Positions 1 through 13,845 of a stretch of 61,078 bases of DNA are shown piece after piece. Every line of letters starts with the position of its first letter. Within the stretch, counting starts at the first letter, position 1. Made by a program: the position numbers and the translations under genes. The DNA comes from Folioceros fuciformis (Eukaryota): positions 566,792 through 627,869 of the forward strand of contig JBNGIO010006333.1 of NCBI GenBank assembly GCA_049999805.1, in the 5' to 3' direction. Below the pieces are notes generated by a model, which saw only the letters and a list, made by a program, of their open reading frames with translations, was not told the origin of the DNA and made no database searches.

Positions 1-2
1 GG

Positions 3-623
3 CCGGACCATCTGGCCGCGCTGGCTCCCCTCTGTATCGGCCGCTCTCCGATTCAGTGCGCTGGGGTGGGGGCTCTCTGGGGGTGCGGGCATGATGCCGG
101 GCAGATCATTTTCGGGCTTGTGTTTCTTATGCTCAAGGATAGGTTGCATATCGAGCTGATTCGGACGTGGTCGGCGCGGGTGGTCGGGGTGACTCTCATG
201 GTTATCGGTGCTATGGGCCTTAAGGAGGCGCAGGAGATACCCACCTTGTCTGCTGTGGGTGCGGGTGACGTGGAGGGCGTGGGGTTGGATAATTCCCCTC
301 CTGACGATGCGAAGAAGTCTGTTGGATTCACCACTTTTGGGACTGGGATTGTTTACGGATTGCAGCCCGATGCGTTGCTGGTCATCCTTCCGGCCTTGGC
401 ATTGCCTTCCAGGTTGTCAGGGGCAGCGTTTTTGAGCATGTTTCTGTTGGGAACCGTGGTGGCCATGGGCAGCTACAGTGCGTTCCTTGGCTCCTGTAGT
501 GAAGCCTTGCGAAAGAGGATTCCCTGGATCACCCGCCGTCTCACTGAGGCGTCTTCTATGGTGGCTATTGGGCTGGGACTCGTCATTCTTCTGGGTGAGG
601 TGTTTGGGATCAATATATTCTAG
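3..623 (+). CDS. 5'-partial NiCoT/UreH-like transmembrane protein (CGF1/CGF2, 'chloroplast protein for growth and fertility'-like)
   Basis: Reading frame is open from base 3: (G)PDHLAALAPLCIGR...GALWGCGHDAGQ...GIVYGLQPDALLVILPALALPSR...FLLGTVVAMGSY, several hydrophobic segments, stop TAG at 621-623. Confidence 0.85.
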   Translation, partial: PDHLAALAPLCIGRSPIQCAGVGALWGCGHDAGQIIFGLVFLMLKDRLHIELIRTWSARVVGVTLMVIGAMGLKEAQEIPTLSAVGAGDVEGVGLDNSPPDDAKKSVGFTTFGTGIVYGLQPDALLVILPALALPSRLSGAAFLSMFLLGTVVAMGSYSAFLGSCSEALRKRIPWITRRLTEASSMVAIGLGLVILLGEVFGINIF

Positions 624-1824
624 ACCCTCACTCATGGTATGTTTTTTTCACAACCTGTACCAAAATGTAGTGAGCAACCTCATGGATCAGCTGTGTGAAG
701 CCTCCGAGGCTGTGGATATCACACGTCCCTCATCTACAAAATGTGACATGGCGGCTGTTGTTTAGGACTCACCATGCCTTTGGGAGAGGTGCCCACGTGG
801 TTTGCCGATCTCCTTCGGGGTATGCTTTTTGTCATGAGCAAGAAATTCTGGTGGGCTACCCTCCATCTGGGACAAGTGACAACCTTCCCACATTGTTGTG
901 GGTACACGCGTTGCCGTGAGTACTGATGTAGTTTTGTTGTAGTAGCTTAAGTTTGAAGGTGGCCAGCTATTCCTGGCGGCAGATGCTATGTTCATCGATT
1001 TTGACATTTGGGAATGAGCTGTCGTGTCCCAAGTCTCGCTCTTTTTGTGTTCGCTGCTTGGCCATGGATCCTCAATCTGAAAGCGACCTTAGGACGCAGG
1101 TGGCATCTTGTAGTTCAGGATATTACTGGTCGTCAGTGGTCTTTTAAGACGGGACTTTGCGGTCTGGTATAGAAGTGGTCTAAACTCTTTGTAGACAAGG
1201 GTTGAACATGCAGCTCACTCGAAATAGTATAAACTTTTTGTAGACATGCGTTGAGCGCGCAGCTCACAGAGAAAGAGCTAACAGGACCGAGGGGGGAAAA
1301 AAAAATGTTCTTGCAGCTTGGTTGCCAAACAACTGTCGGAAGATCAAGGTTCCATTTTCACATTGATAATTGCAAGATTTCTGATTCTGTCACATGTATT
1401 TCGTAGTACAACATTCTGGTCACCTTGCGCTGCTCTCACTGGAGGCGTCAGCTGTACACTCTGCCCGCGGGGCATCAGCGTGGCGGAAGAGACAGAACTG
1501 GCATAGGGATGTCACCATCTCGATATTGGAGTTCGCGCGACGATTCCGTGACATCACTTTTGGCAGTGACCATGAGTTCCGTGCTTATCCTCAAATGTCG
1601 CGACTTTCCTTTGCATGGCCAAACCCCCTGACAAACTGTCTTCCAGAAAAATGCATGGATGTTGCTGCAGTTCATACCACCAAACTTGCGCCCGGATTAA
1701 AGCTCTTCCAGACTCCGAGCAATTGTGACATTCTGAAGTTCCCAGAGCATCGATTTGAACACGACGTTCAAGTGAGGAAACTTCTCATTGGAGCATTCAA
1801 GTGTCTGACTCCTACTTGTTCGCA

Positions 1825-4800
1825 ATGGAGAATCCGGAAGATCATTCTCTGGCGCCCTTGAGGCCGCTTAGTTTTGCCTATTACGTCACAGGCCATGGCC
1901 TTGGCCATGCTACTCGCGTTGCGGAGGCAAGTCCGAATTTGCGCCTGCTACGGTGTTGCTTACCCTGTCGGAATAGGAAGAACGTACGTGAAGCATACGG
2001 GCTAGTGTTACTTGCTGAAGGGTTGATCCCCCTTGTCGTCTCACAGGTCGCAAGGCATTTGATACAGTTCGGTCACGAGGTTCACATTGTCACAGCAGCT
2101 CCAGAGTTCGTATTTTTAAACGAGATTCAGTCTCCCAGACTCCATCTCCGAAAGGTAGGCCTTCGAGCTTCCTTGTTTAGAGCAAGCTTCACCTGTGTTG
2201 AATGTTCCCACGGTTACAGAACAAGTCTCACAAGCTCATTGCATCAGATGTTGTTGGATTCGGGCGCAGTTCAGTCAGATGCCCTTACGGTTGACTGCAT
2301 TGCATCCCTTGAAGAGGTGGTAAACAGTCTCTTCGTAAGCAGGAGCTTTTGTTTTCTTTCTGAACGATGCTGTCCTCAGTTGAAGTAGACAACTGGGTTT
2401 TCTACTCGCTAGTATCCACCTACTTCAATGTCTGCCTAGCGTGCGGAACACTTCCACCGTCGGCATTTCCACATTTTTGCCTTTCATGAAGATTGTGAAA
2501 ATATTGTTTCTTCACAGTATTCGCGGGTAGCTGTTCTTCCTCGCTCCTTATTGCTGAATGAAGAAGTGAAGTGGCTTCAGTCTATTAAAGCTGATGTTGT
2601 GGCAAGTTTCCTCCACTCCTGGTTCTTTTGTCGAGGCATTGTTTTGCTTGAATATTCGGTGCTCAGCATCGTGACTTACGTTAACCTGGAACATTTAGGT
2701 GTCCGATATAGTGCCAATTGCCTGCAAAGCTGCGTCAATTGCGCAGATTACATGTGTTTGTATCAGTAACTTCAGGTATGCTGGTCTGGTTGCTTTGTTA
2801 ATCAGAACACTCTTAATGCCTCGTGGAGCCTTGACATTCCAATTGTAATTTTGGTGATTCACAGTTGGGATTTTATTTACTCGGAATATGTGCCCGTTGC
2901 CGGCCACCTTCATCGCTCAATAGTGTGGCAGGTTATGTTTTCCAACTGGGAAGTGCACTTTGGTACTGGTGGTCTACCATGTGAACTGACACAGAGTCTG
3001 ATGGTCATAGATTGCTGAAGACTATTCGCATGCCAAGTTCTTGATCAGACTGCCTGGATATTGTCCGAGTGAGCACAAATCCCATCATGTCCTCTTTCAC
3101 TCCCATGGCATAGACCTTCACCATTTGCTCTTGCAGATCAGGATATTTCTGGAGTAAACGTTACAGGCGCCCTTTGCGTTTTTTCTTCTTCTTTAGTTTG
3201 TTTGTAGTCCTATGACAAGTACACATTCTGTTCATCTGGCTTTCTGTTGTCATCTACCCAGCAGCAGCTTTTTCTTCATTAAGCTTGCACTTCAAAGTTG
3301 CCTCGGAATGTCGTTACGCAGTGCCAGTATTCAGTAAGGTGATGGATGTCCCACTTATTGTCCGACAAATCCGCAGAAGCAGAGAGCAGGTTTGTACTGA
3401 ATTGCCTTGTTGCCTCAACAGGGTAGAACTATTGGAAAGGTCCAAAACGATTTGAAACGAGGTGGCTTAAGATAAAACTAAATCATGTCTGGGATCATGT
3501 TCCCAGGTTAGGAAGGAGCTCGGAATCGCTGACAATGAAAAGATTTTGCTGTTTAATTTTGGTGGCCAGGTTCTCATCCTCACGTCGTAGTCAGTACTCT
3601 TTCAAATCTATGTAGGTTGCTTTAAAACCTAGGCTCTGGACTGTTTCAGATGACGTTTTCATGACCTGATAATGGGCTCGTGATTTCAGGATGCAAGCTG
3701 GACTTTAACAGATGAATATCTGCCTCCTGGATGGAAATGCCTGGTGAGCGGCTTAACAACTGTAGGACTAAGGAGATGTTTTTGCTTGTAGACACTGGAC
3801 AGCCTTAACTTAGAATTACCGCAGCGTTTAAATAGTGCGTCTTTGCAGTGAATGTTAGTTTGCCTCCCGCACACCCAGCTGACATGGCAGGTGGAAAGGT
3901 TTGTGCTTTCACATCAGCTCAGCAGGCTGGTGCTAGCTACGTTCAGCTGGATCAGGAAGCATACCTACCAGATCTGGTCGCTGCCAGCGACTGTATCTTG
4001 GGTGAGTGCGTGAATGTATGATCTTTTTTGGCTCCTGCTTGCACACACACGGAGTTCATGAACGGAGGGCGTGTAAATGCAGGGAAGATTGGCTACGGGA
4101 CCGTTAGTGAAGCACTGGCCTACAAAGTGCCATTGGTCTTTGTTAGGCGTGACTACTTCAACGAGGAGCCGTTCCTGAGGAAAATGCTTGAAGTGCGTGA
4201 GAACATCGCCTTCTTCCATCCTTTCGAGGGTAAAGGACGATGAAGTGTTTTTGTTACTCATCTGCTGCTTCGGACAGTTTTACCAAGCAGGTGTTGAAAT
4301 GAATCGACGAGATTTTTTCAGTGGGCGATGGGGTCCATATATCTTACAGGCCACTGGACTCAAACCATGTTATACAGCCCCTTCAAATGGTGGTGAGGTG
4401 AGCCTGATGCATTTTATGTTGTTTAGTAGTTCAGATAATATGGCAGAAGCCCTTATGAAGATCTGTCTTCTTGTAGGTTGCTGCAAGAATTCTACAGGAT
4501 TCGGCAAGTGGAAAAGTGAAGATTCCTCAAGAGGTCTATATCTTGTCCACTCAGTCGGCTTACAATCGACCAAGTAGTCAGTGGAGAGTACAATGTTTCG
4601 TTTCTGCGTGCAGTTCCATGGAGCGAGGAGGCTTAGGGATGCTATTGTCCTGGGATATCAAATGCAACGAGCTCCAGGGAGAGACCTTGATGTTCCAGAC
4701 TGGTACACATACACAGAGAGTCAACGGGGCCTCCTCTCATCACCTCCTCACTCTGGAATGGAGAGCGACAAGCTATCTGCTGAAAACACGTCAGTGCTTG

Positions 4801-7800
4801 AGTTGCGATCGCGTCTGTGGCGTTTGAATTTGCCTTTGTCAGGGTGTGGCCAATGCTAATCAATTTTGGGGTGGGTCAATGCTAAACAAGTTTTGTTCTC
4901 TACAGCGATTTAGTCGACATTCAAATTATTCATGGTGACCACAAGGGCTTGCCAGATACGGTTGCATTCTTGAAGACCCTTAAAATCTTAAGCGAGGAAG
5001 CGGATACCCATGCTACAGATAGCTTAAACCAACCTCACCTCAACGATCGGTTAGCTGCTGCCAGGCTTTTCTGCTGGGAGGTGAGTTTTCCCAGGTTTAC
5101 ATTTCAGAAATATATCCATATGAAGCAATAGCAGCTAATGGTTGCGTTTTCGTCTTCATTTCTAGGATGATTTGTACGTTGCCAGGGCCCCTGGGCGTTT
5201 GGATGTAATGGGAGGTATCGCAGACTACTCTGGAAGTCTTGTACTCCAGGTACTCAAGGCTCTTTGCCATTGCCTTGAATTCGAGAGAGTCAATTATTTT
5301 TCATCGGCACCTTAAAGTTTGCAGTTGGACTTTTACAGATGCCTACTCGTGAAGCTTGCCATGTAGCCGTGCAGTTCAACTCAGCAAACAAACAAGTCCT
5401 CTGGAAGCACACACAGGCACGACAAATGGCAAGAAGAGGGGCATTAGAGCCTGCCATACAAATTGTACGTTCCGGTGCAAATTTGTCGCCCCAAATTTGT
5501 GCAAATTTGTTCCTTGTCCTTGGATTTGATCATGAACAGCATAGCTGCATGAAACCATAGATACGACAGGTTGGGAAGCCTCAATAGTTCAGACTAAGTT
5601 GTGTACAGTTTTTGGGCAATGTTTGCACCAGCGGTCATGCTTATCCCCGTCTCGTGCCTGCCACAGGTGTCGTTTGGCTCAGAGTTGAGCAATAGGTCAC
5701 CTGTCTTTGACATGGACCTAGCTGACTTCCGAGATCCAGAAGGAAAGCCGATAACTTATGAAGCTGCTCGCCGTTTTTTCCAACAAGATGCATCTCAAAG
5801 GCAATTTATGTGCTCGTTTGTGTTGGGTTTGCTACAGTGTTACGCTTATGATATGAGTGGAACGTCGTCGATGTGGTCATGGAGGTGACACTAGAATTGA
5901 GATGTCAGATTCTGGCCTCCCGTAGTCCACGGGAACTTGGGTGTGTTAGTAGACCACTCCATGAACGTGGTTTACCGATTTCAACGTTTGTTGTGCTGTG
6001 CAGGTGGGCGGCATATGTTGCAGGTACGATCCTGGTATTGATGCGAGAGCTGAACGTGCATTTTGAGCAGGGCATCAACGTACTTGTGAGTTTCATTATT
6101 TATTTGGGCCAACAATGAGGATGGGCTGTGAACTTGGAGGAAGGTGACAAGTGGGTTGACGGACCAGGTGTCGTCAGCTGTACCTGAGGGAAAAGGCGTA
6201 TCTTCGTCAGCCGCTTTAGAAGTCGCAACCATGTCTGGCATTGCCGCAGCAGCTGGTAGGAGTCCGATTTTCGTGTGCCCTGAACACAGAAGGATCCAAT
6301 TGATCCGAAGGCTAAAAGGTTTCGATGCATAAAAATTGTTTGTTTCAGGTGTAAGTATTGCGCCCAGGGATTTGGCCATACTTTGCCAAAAGGTGAGAGC
6401 CAAGATGGTGAGCAAAATTGGTGGGAATTGTTTTGGGGTGGTTGTGAGAGCGTCCATTGGTGTCCAGTGATGGAGTGAGTTGGTGGTAAAATGAATCCAG
6501 GTGGAGAATTTGGTGGTGGGAGCTCCTTGTGGGATCATGGACCAGATGGCTTCTGCATGTGGTGAGGCTAACAAGCTTCTGGCAATGGTGTGTCAGGTGG
6601 GTACAAATGTTAAGTGAGTTGCACATGCAGGCGTCCTCCGCAGTGTGTGTGAATTGAGTTGCAGAGGTGGTGTGGCAGCCAGCAGAGGTGAAGGAGCATG
6701 TGAACATCCCATCCCACGTGAGGTTCTGGGGAATCGATTCAGGCATCCGCCACAGGTTAGTGTAGTTTGGGTGTGTTGGAGCCAAGCTTACTGGAGTCCC
6801 CAGAATTCCCACAGCAGCGTGTGAAATTGTGCTACGTGCATCCGCAGCGTTGGGGGAGCAGACTACGGGTCTGTGAGAATCGGAGCATTCATAGGACGGA
6901 AAATGATCCAGGTCTGTGCGGCGAAGCACTTTGAGGAAAGCTCTAAGGAGAAGGTGAGCAACGGCGAGGAGGTGGCGGAGGTGGAGGTGGAGCCAGAGCG
7001 GCAGCTTTTGGCATCCGAAGCCCAGTTGGAGTATCTATGCAACCTACGGCCACACAGGTGAGACGGCACGAGTGCCTGACTCGCGCACCTGGCAGATCCG
7101 GGCCTGCTCTCCTCTTCTCTGGTAATCGAACGAGTGGCGGTGTCGTTGTCTCCAGGTACGATTCCTTCTACTCACGGCTGCTGCCCGAGGACGTGGTGGG
7201 CAGAAGCTTCTTGGACGCGTATGGCAGTCACGACGACCCGGTGACGAGCATCGATGCCAAGCACTTGTACGCCGTGAAGGGTCCGACATCACACCCGATC
7301 TACGAGCATTTTCGTGTGCAGGTGGGTGAGCGGTGGTGGAGGTGCGCCATGAAGTGCGTGTGTCTGACACAAAGTCGCCGTGCCATGGCTTTGGCTTTGG
7401 ATTTGGCTTTTGACAATGAGTGACTCGTGAAGGGGTTGTGATCACATGCGGGGCTTCAATGTGCAGGCCTTCTCTGTGCTCCTGACCTCCGCCATAAGCG
7501 ACGCCCAGATGACGACGCTGGGCGAGCTCATGTACCAGTCGCACTACAGCTACTCCCACTGCGGCCTGGGGTCCGACGGCACAGATCGCATCGTGGGCCT
7601 GGTGAAGCAGATGCAGGAGCAGCGACAGGGGTCGGTGTTTGGCGGCAAGATCACGGGAGGCGGCTCAGGGGGCACCGTCTGCGTGCTCACACGTGCCGGC
7701 CTGCAAGCCACCGACGACATATTGGAGGTGATGTGCATGGGGCATGGGCCCTGTTGTTTTCCTTCCGTTCCGTTCCTCCCCTTCCCAAGCCTGAACCCTA

Positions 7801-8009
7801 TTTTTTCTCTTCCTTCCTTCCTTCCGTGACCCCACCTGCCCTGCTCTTGACAGATTCAGCAAAAATACAAGGAGGCTACAGGCCATCTCCCTTACATCTT
7901 CGAGGGCTCGTCTCCTGGAGCGGGGCAGTTCGGGCAGCTGCGAGTCCGAATCACCGTGGGGCCCCGGGCTCGGGCCAAGGCGGAGGAGGCTGCCGTTCAC
8001 GCCAGCTAG
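1825..8009 (+). CDS. ARA1: L-arabinokinase (N-terminal glycosyltransferase-like domain plus GHMP kinase), many exons
   Basis: Exon motifs [129 protein letters not shown] at 1825, TAG at 8007-8009. Confidence 0.93.
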
Positions 8010-8680
8010 CGAGCACGGGAGTGAGAGAAGGTTCGTAGAAAATGCGGGTGACGTGAAAGTATCCTGGTCCCGAGCGGGGCCGGGGTCGGGCAGGAAATTC
8101 GTTTGCTTTGGCGTTGAGATTCCGCACTAGAGTCCCCAAAGCGTACCGTGCCGGCTTGCATCTTGCATGTCGCGGCGACAAGCGCATGGAATAAACATCA
8201 GTTTTCTTCCAACCGCACGGTGTTGACAGGAGGGTGGCCGCGCAGGGCGTAGGGGCGTAGGGGCGAAGCGGCGTTGAGGCGTTGGATGAAAGATCTTGTC
8301 GCAATGGGCGGGAAAAGGAGGTGGCGTTGCGTGGGATGGAACTCGTCTGCTCCATTTGACCCAACGGTGCACGTCACGAAGCGCGGGATGTCCACCTACC
8401 GGCCTTTGTTAGGGTAGAAGCATCTGGGTCGGGCTCCTCTTCCTTGTGTCGACTCTCTTTCCCGGCGCTCTGTTGACTTGGTGCACTGCTATCGTCATTC
8501 CGCGTCATGCAGCATACATTCCATACTACTGTATCGTAACAGGGCGCACACAACACTCCACCGACCCCATCCGTCGGTACTCTACACTAAACCGTTTGAT
8601 GAGCAAGCTCCCAACACTCGTCCCACTCCATTAGCCATCCCAGCAGCCTGGGCCCCTTCCTCTTCTGCATTAAAATAAAA

Positions 8681-9417
8681 CATCATACATATATATATAC
8701 ATACATATGTATATGTGTATATCACTATACAATAAGTACGCGTACAATAAGTATGAGTCAATGAGTTGGCAAGTACGGTCCAAATATGAATGAGGGTCCA
8801 AATATGAATGAGGGTCCAAATATGAATGAGGGTAACTTCTTCAGGCACTTACTTCTTCGGGCACTTATTGTTGCGCGTCACATTATAATGTCTTTGGCTG
8901 CTCATAATCTCTGCTGCCATACATGAAAAGCCTAGCATGGCATGAGCCCGTTGATTCTTCAGCACCAACAAGCCCACCAGCAACACTGCTATGTATGAAC
9001 CCGTTGATTCTTCAGCACCAACAAGCCCACCAGCAACACGACTATGCATGAACCCGTTGATTCTTAACCACCAACAAGTCCACCAAAATTATTGTGGCGA
9101 TAAGGCTAATTGTCATGCCAAGTGTCCTTGCTATTGAGCACGAAATTAGGTTGACTCTTGGCTCAACATAGAAACACACAATCGCGAGAAATGCCTTGCT
9201 CCATTGCCGCCGGCTTAGGTCCTCTCTCATCTCCACCTCATATTGCCATGACTCAACATGTACCTAGCCTTGCAATTTGTCCTCGTGATACTTCTTGTAG
9301 TTCTCACTAGTTGAGCTTCTTCTAGTTTGCAACTAGCTTGGCACTTGGATCCACCTTATATTCGGAACTAGAAATCTAGGCTTGTGATCCCTGATAGGTG
9401 CTAATGAAGACAGGGTG
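8681..9417. repeat. Copy A of a ~700-bp direct repeat, upstream of the Penelope-like RT; includes an 18-bp unit (GGTCCAAATATGAATGAG) three times at ~8777-8832
   Basis: Shares colinear blocks with 12391-12980 and 13117-13650, e.g. AATGTCTTTG.CGGCTCATAATCTC, CTCCACCTCATA, GGCTTGTGATCCC and ...AGGGTG. Confidence 0.8.
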
Positions 9418-10240
9418 CACCTTGCCTTTGCGATGGAATGCTTTCTTGTTGTTGCTTAACTTGCCAGCCAACAAGACAATCATTAGAGCCCACATCGGGT
9501 TTATATTCATGCGAGAGTGGATACTCAAAGTAGCAAGGAAGATGCTGAGAATCCAAAACATGTTCTACTCCCTTAGCTGCTCAACTCAGAAATTGCTAAA
9601 TATGTCGAAATGTTGCTGAAGCCAACAATGTTCTCTGAAGAGGTGGCCAAACTAGAATACTAGAAGGCCAATCAGCCCTTGCCCCTCATAAAAAAAAGCC
9701 CAGGATGCATCTGGCGCTGAAACGGTTCGTGTTTCTAGCAAGCGTGGGAGTAACCAGCAAAATTTCATTGCATACGAGTGTGGCTGCCATTTCTTCTCAC
9801 CACGAGGCTGGCCTCCTCCTACCCCATCCCTCTTCCGAGGAACCAACAGCCCTAGTTCCAGAGTCACGGCTGCTAGCTCTAGTGTGACAAATGATGTGAA
9901 CGCTTCTAGATAGCCAGTAGTACTATGTCATCCAGCTGAGTAGTACTATTGTTCATCGCTACAAAGTGACAGTTGGAGGGCGAGATCTATCAAACGAATG
10001 GTAGATATGAATCGAGCGTATGCTTCATAACATTATGTGTCCACGCGCAAATCTGGAGCTGGATGCAACAGTTATTGAAGAACGTGGAGTTGCGGTAGAC
10101 ATTTTAGGATTACGATTGCTTGGACCACATATCTGGCAACAAGGCGCACTTGGCTTCATTCATGTGATGTTTTGCAATCGATCCCGTGGATTTTGATTCG
10201 TTACCTGTACACCCACATCCTTGAGTAATGTGGTCTAACC

Positions 10241-12211
10241 GTGCTCGAAGATTTTGGTAGGGTGGTGATCAGCTGGAGCCTCAAGAACTTGGTGTATAAG
10301 CCTAACCAAGTGTTTACGGGCTTCCTAGTCGCAGACATGACGTTTACGTGTGTATGCCAGTGTATGCACCAAAAGCAGTTCGTACGTTTTCTGGATCGCA
10401 GCACGTTGGGCTTAGAACCCGCCACAAACCAAGATCACTTACATGTACGAACAACGGATTGGTTTGTGGTCCACCACAAGAAACTACAGCATGCACTGGA
10501 GAAGGGACTGAACCACATTCCCCTTTGCTCTATAGCGCTGCAATCTATGGTTGAATCCATCTTGGATGGATTTTGTTCGTTCATCCAGCTTTTGTGCTGA
10601 CTAGGCCATGTCCTTTTGCACAATTGGATATCAAGGGCATGTAAAACACTCATAGACTTATGCTAGAGGCAATTGAAAGCAGTTACTCGAAATCATCGAG
10701 CTCAAGAAATTCACAAACGAGCTGTCCATAACAATGCTCATGCCCTGGATGAGCTTTCTTGGCTTCTGGAGCACTGGTATGTGGCTAGACTAGATAAAGT
10801 GGCAAACATTGTCTGCTTTGTGTGCATAGCACACCTTCGTCACCAAGCGCTTATTCGACTCCCAAGTCTCGATTTTCTCACAACGGCTACAACACCTTTC
10901 GAGGTGGTCACGCATCTGCAATTTGCGATTGATAGCCGACTACCTAAAGTGGCTATCGATCTGAAGTTGCAGCTCCCCTATCCTATGGCTATATATAAGC
11001 AACACAAACGGAAGTACCGATGGTTGACAAACACCATGAATGTTGTTTTTTCTATCATTGCAGATCTCTTGACAGCTTGCTCTAACGCTATCTTCTTACA
11101 GTTGAAGGATTGGGCTGCTAAGAACCCTAAAGGGCTTATGCACAGTTTTTGCAAGTTGACACATCCTTGTACAAGATTGCCTAGTCTACAATTAATGTTG
11201 CCCTTGACCTGCTCGCAGCAACTACAGATATCTTTGTCACAGACATTACATGCTACTATGAAACTATCCCCACACAGGGATCTAATGCGTTATCAACTAC
11301 TATCCAAGTATGCATCAAGATCTCTTTTCACCAAGCCCAAGTGGGGCATAAACTCGACCACAAGCTCTTTGTGAAGTTTAAACACAACCAAGTGAAGTTG
11401 TCTACAACATGTTGAGTTGTTCATGCACCCAGACACTTGGCTGCTGTTACTTGGATTGAGTTTATTGTTGAGAGATTATTTGAACTACACCTTTGGCTCA
11501 TGAGCTCTTGCTTTGCGCAGTTTGGTGACCAAGTTTGGCATCAGCACTTGGGAATCCCTATAAGATTCTCGTGTAGCCCTGCTTGGAGCAAGTTGCACTT
11601 TTTCCACTATAAGGCTAATTTCATCCAATGCTTGGCTAGACTAGGACATACTGATCTCATGGCTCGTTTTACCCATGCCCGTAGGTACATGGATGATCTC
11701 TATTGGTTTAACACTGGAATGCCAATGGCATTTTTAAATTCAACAGTTCCGCGTACGAATGACTTTCCCTTTTGGATCTACCCTCTAGACATAGTGGTAA
11801 TTGAGCCTTGCATTCATGCATTCACCACGGATATTCAAGGACAGCAGGTGGGCACTGATGCTCACTTTCTATCATTACAATTCCACATCTAGGACACCAA
11901 TACCGAAAGGTACTCCTTTCGGAAGTATGATAAATGCAAAGCTCTCCTGTTTACAATGACACAATTCATCCATCTTGATTTTAACCGGGCTATCACAGCC
12001 ACACAAGACCATCATTTCTCAAGTGTTCATCCTCTTATATATTTGCAATGAGGCTAATGAGGCTATGAGCGAATTAATGGACTTGGTGTTCGTATTTACA
12101 ACCAACGGCTTCAAGAAACATCGCTTGCTTGCCACTATACACAAATTTCTAGAGCGCACATTACTGCCCTCCTCCAATGTGTCTCAAGAAGATTTAATAA
12201 GGTTCCTGTAG
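10241..12211 (+). mobile_element. Degenerate Penelope-like retroelement reverse transcriptase (Chlamys/Naiad-like), with stops and frameshifts
   Basis: Colinear fragments CVCQC...HLHVRTTD...LQHALEKGLNHIP; YVARLDKVANIVCFVC; LPYPMAIYKQHKRKYRWLTN; WHQHLGIPIRFSCSP; RRYMDDL; YPL...FLSL; KYDK; IISQV. The order matches the PLE RT and thumb region. Confidence 0.7.
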
Positions 12212-12390
12212 GAGAAACTTTTGTGCGTCAACTCATTGTGAGCTGTTGTTTACTAAAATCTCTTGGGCCACTCTGGTTTTAAAGTTTTGTCCTTCATAGT
12301 GTGGCCTAGCTCTTCCTGCCAAGGGATTGCTAAGTGCACTCATCCTTGTACGAGAAGAACATTTCAACAAGATCAGGATGGTGGTGGGTC

Positions 12391-13845
12391 CTACATATAT
12401 ACATATCATGTATAGGTATGTATGTATATCATTATACAGTAAATACGAATCAATGAGCTGACAAATATTGTCCATACTTGAGTGAGTGGGCAGGGTGACC
12501 CTTTCAGCACACTTATTGATGTACGCCTACAATGTCTTTGACGGCTCATAATCTCAGCCACTTGAAAGGCTTTTTGTAATGCTGAACTAACAAGATGCAT
12601 ATGGCTCTTAGACATAGCTACCATGAATAAACCCATTGATTTTCATCACAAGCAAGCCCACCAACATTATTGTAGTGGCAAGGTTAGTTGGCACACCAAC
12701 TGTCCCTACCATAAACCACGAAATTAGGCTAACACCTCTCTGGGCCCAGCATATAAACACACAAGTGCATGGAATGCCTTGCTCCATTGCTGGCTCAGGT
12801 CCCCTCATTTCCACCTCATACTGCCATGACTCAACACTAGCCTTGTAGTCCGTCTTGGTGATGCTTCTTGTTGTTGGGTGTCTTTGAGTTTGCAACTAGC
12901 TTGGCATCTAGATCCACCTGACATTCGAAACCAGAAATCCAGGCTTGTGATCCCTTACACGTGCTGATGAAGGTAGGGTGAAGGTCCAACACACCATTAG
13001 ATTGTCGGCTAGTTTGCCACCAGCTGTAAATCCAAAAACCTGCACATATGGTGAAATTGTGTCAATCTGGATGATTTGGCTGCTTGCTTGATTGCATTGT
13101 AGAGGACTTATTTGTCTTGAGTCAATGAGTTAGCAAATTCTGCCCAAATCTAAATGAGCGGATACACGGTGATTATGAGGGTGACTTCTTTAGCGCACTT
13201 ATTGCTGCATGTCACCTTATAATGTCTTTGGCGGCTCATAATCTCAGCTCCTACACATGAAATACCTTTGTAATACTAATTTGACAAGTTGTCTATGGCT
13301 CTTGGGCACATCTTGCACACTGCTATGCATGAACCCGTTGATTCTTCAACACCAACAAGCCCACTAGCATTATTATGGCGATAAGGCTAGCTGTCATGCC
13401 AAGTGTCCTTGCCATTGCCTACGAAATTAGGCTGACTCCTCTCTCTCGCTTAGGTCCTCTCTCATCTCCACCTCATATTCCCATGACTCAACATGTACCT
13501 AGCCTTGCAATTTGTCCGGGTGATGCTTCTTATAGTTCTCACTAGTTGGGATTCTTCTAGTTTCAGCTAATTTGGCACCTGGACCACCTAATATTCGGAA
13601 CCAAAAATCTAGGCTTGTGATCCCTGATAGGTGCTAATTAAGGCAGGGTGAAGGTCTAGCACACCACTAGACTGCCAGCTAGCTTACTACAAGCTACAAA
13701 TTCAGACCTGCACATATGACGACATTGTATCAATCTGGTTGATTTGGCTACTAGCTGCAAATCCAAACCTGCACATATGATGACACTATGTGAATTTGGA
13801 TGCTTGCTTGACTGCATTGTAAAGGACTTATCTTGCCTTGTCAAT
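12391..13845. repeat. Copies B (~12391-13116) and C (~13117-13845) of the ~700-bp repeat, in tandem
   Basis: Both copies begin near GA(G/A)TCAATGAG and end near TGCATTGTA.AGGACTTAT. Both are similar to 8681-9417. Confidence 0.8.

Noticed and set aside
12961-12990. CTGATGA as a hammerhead ribozyme core in the PLE-flanking repeat
   Set aside because: No stem II or GAAA follows, and the other two copies lack the exact motif.
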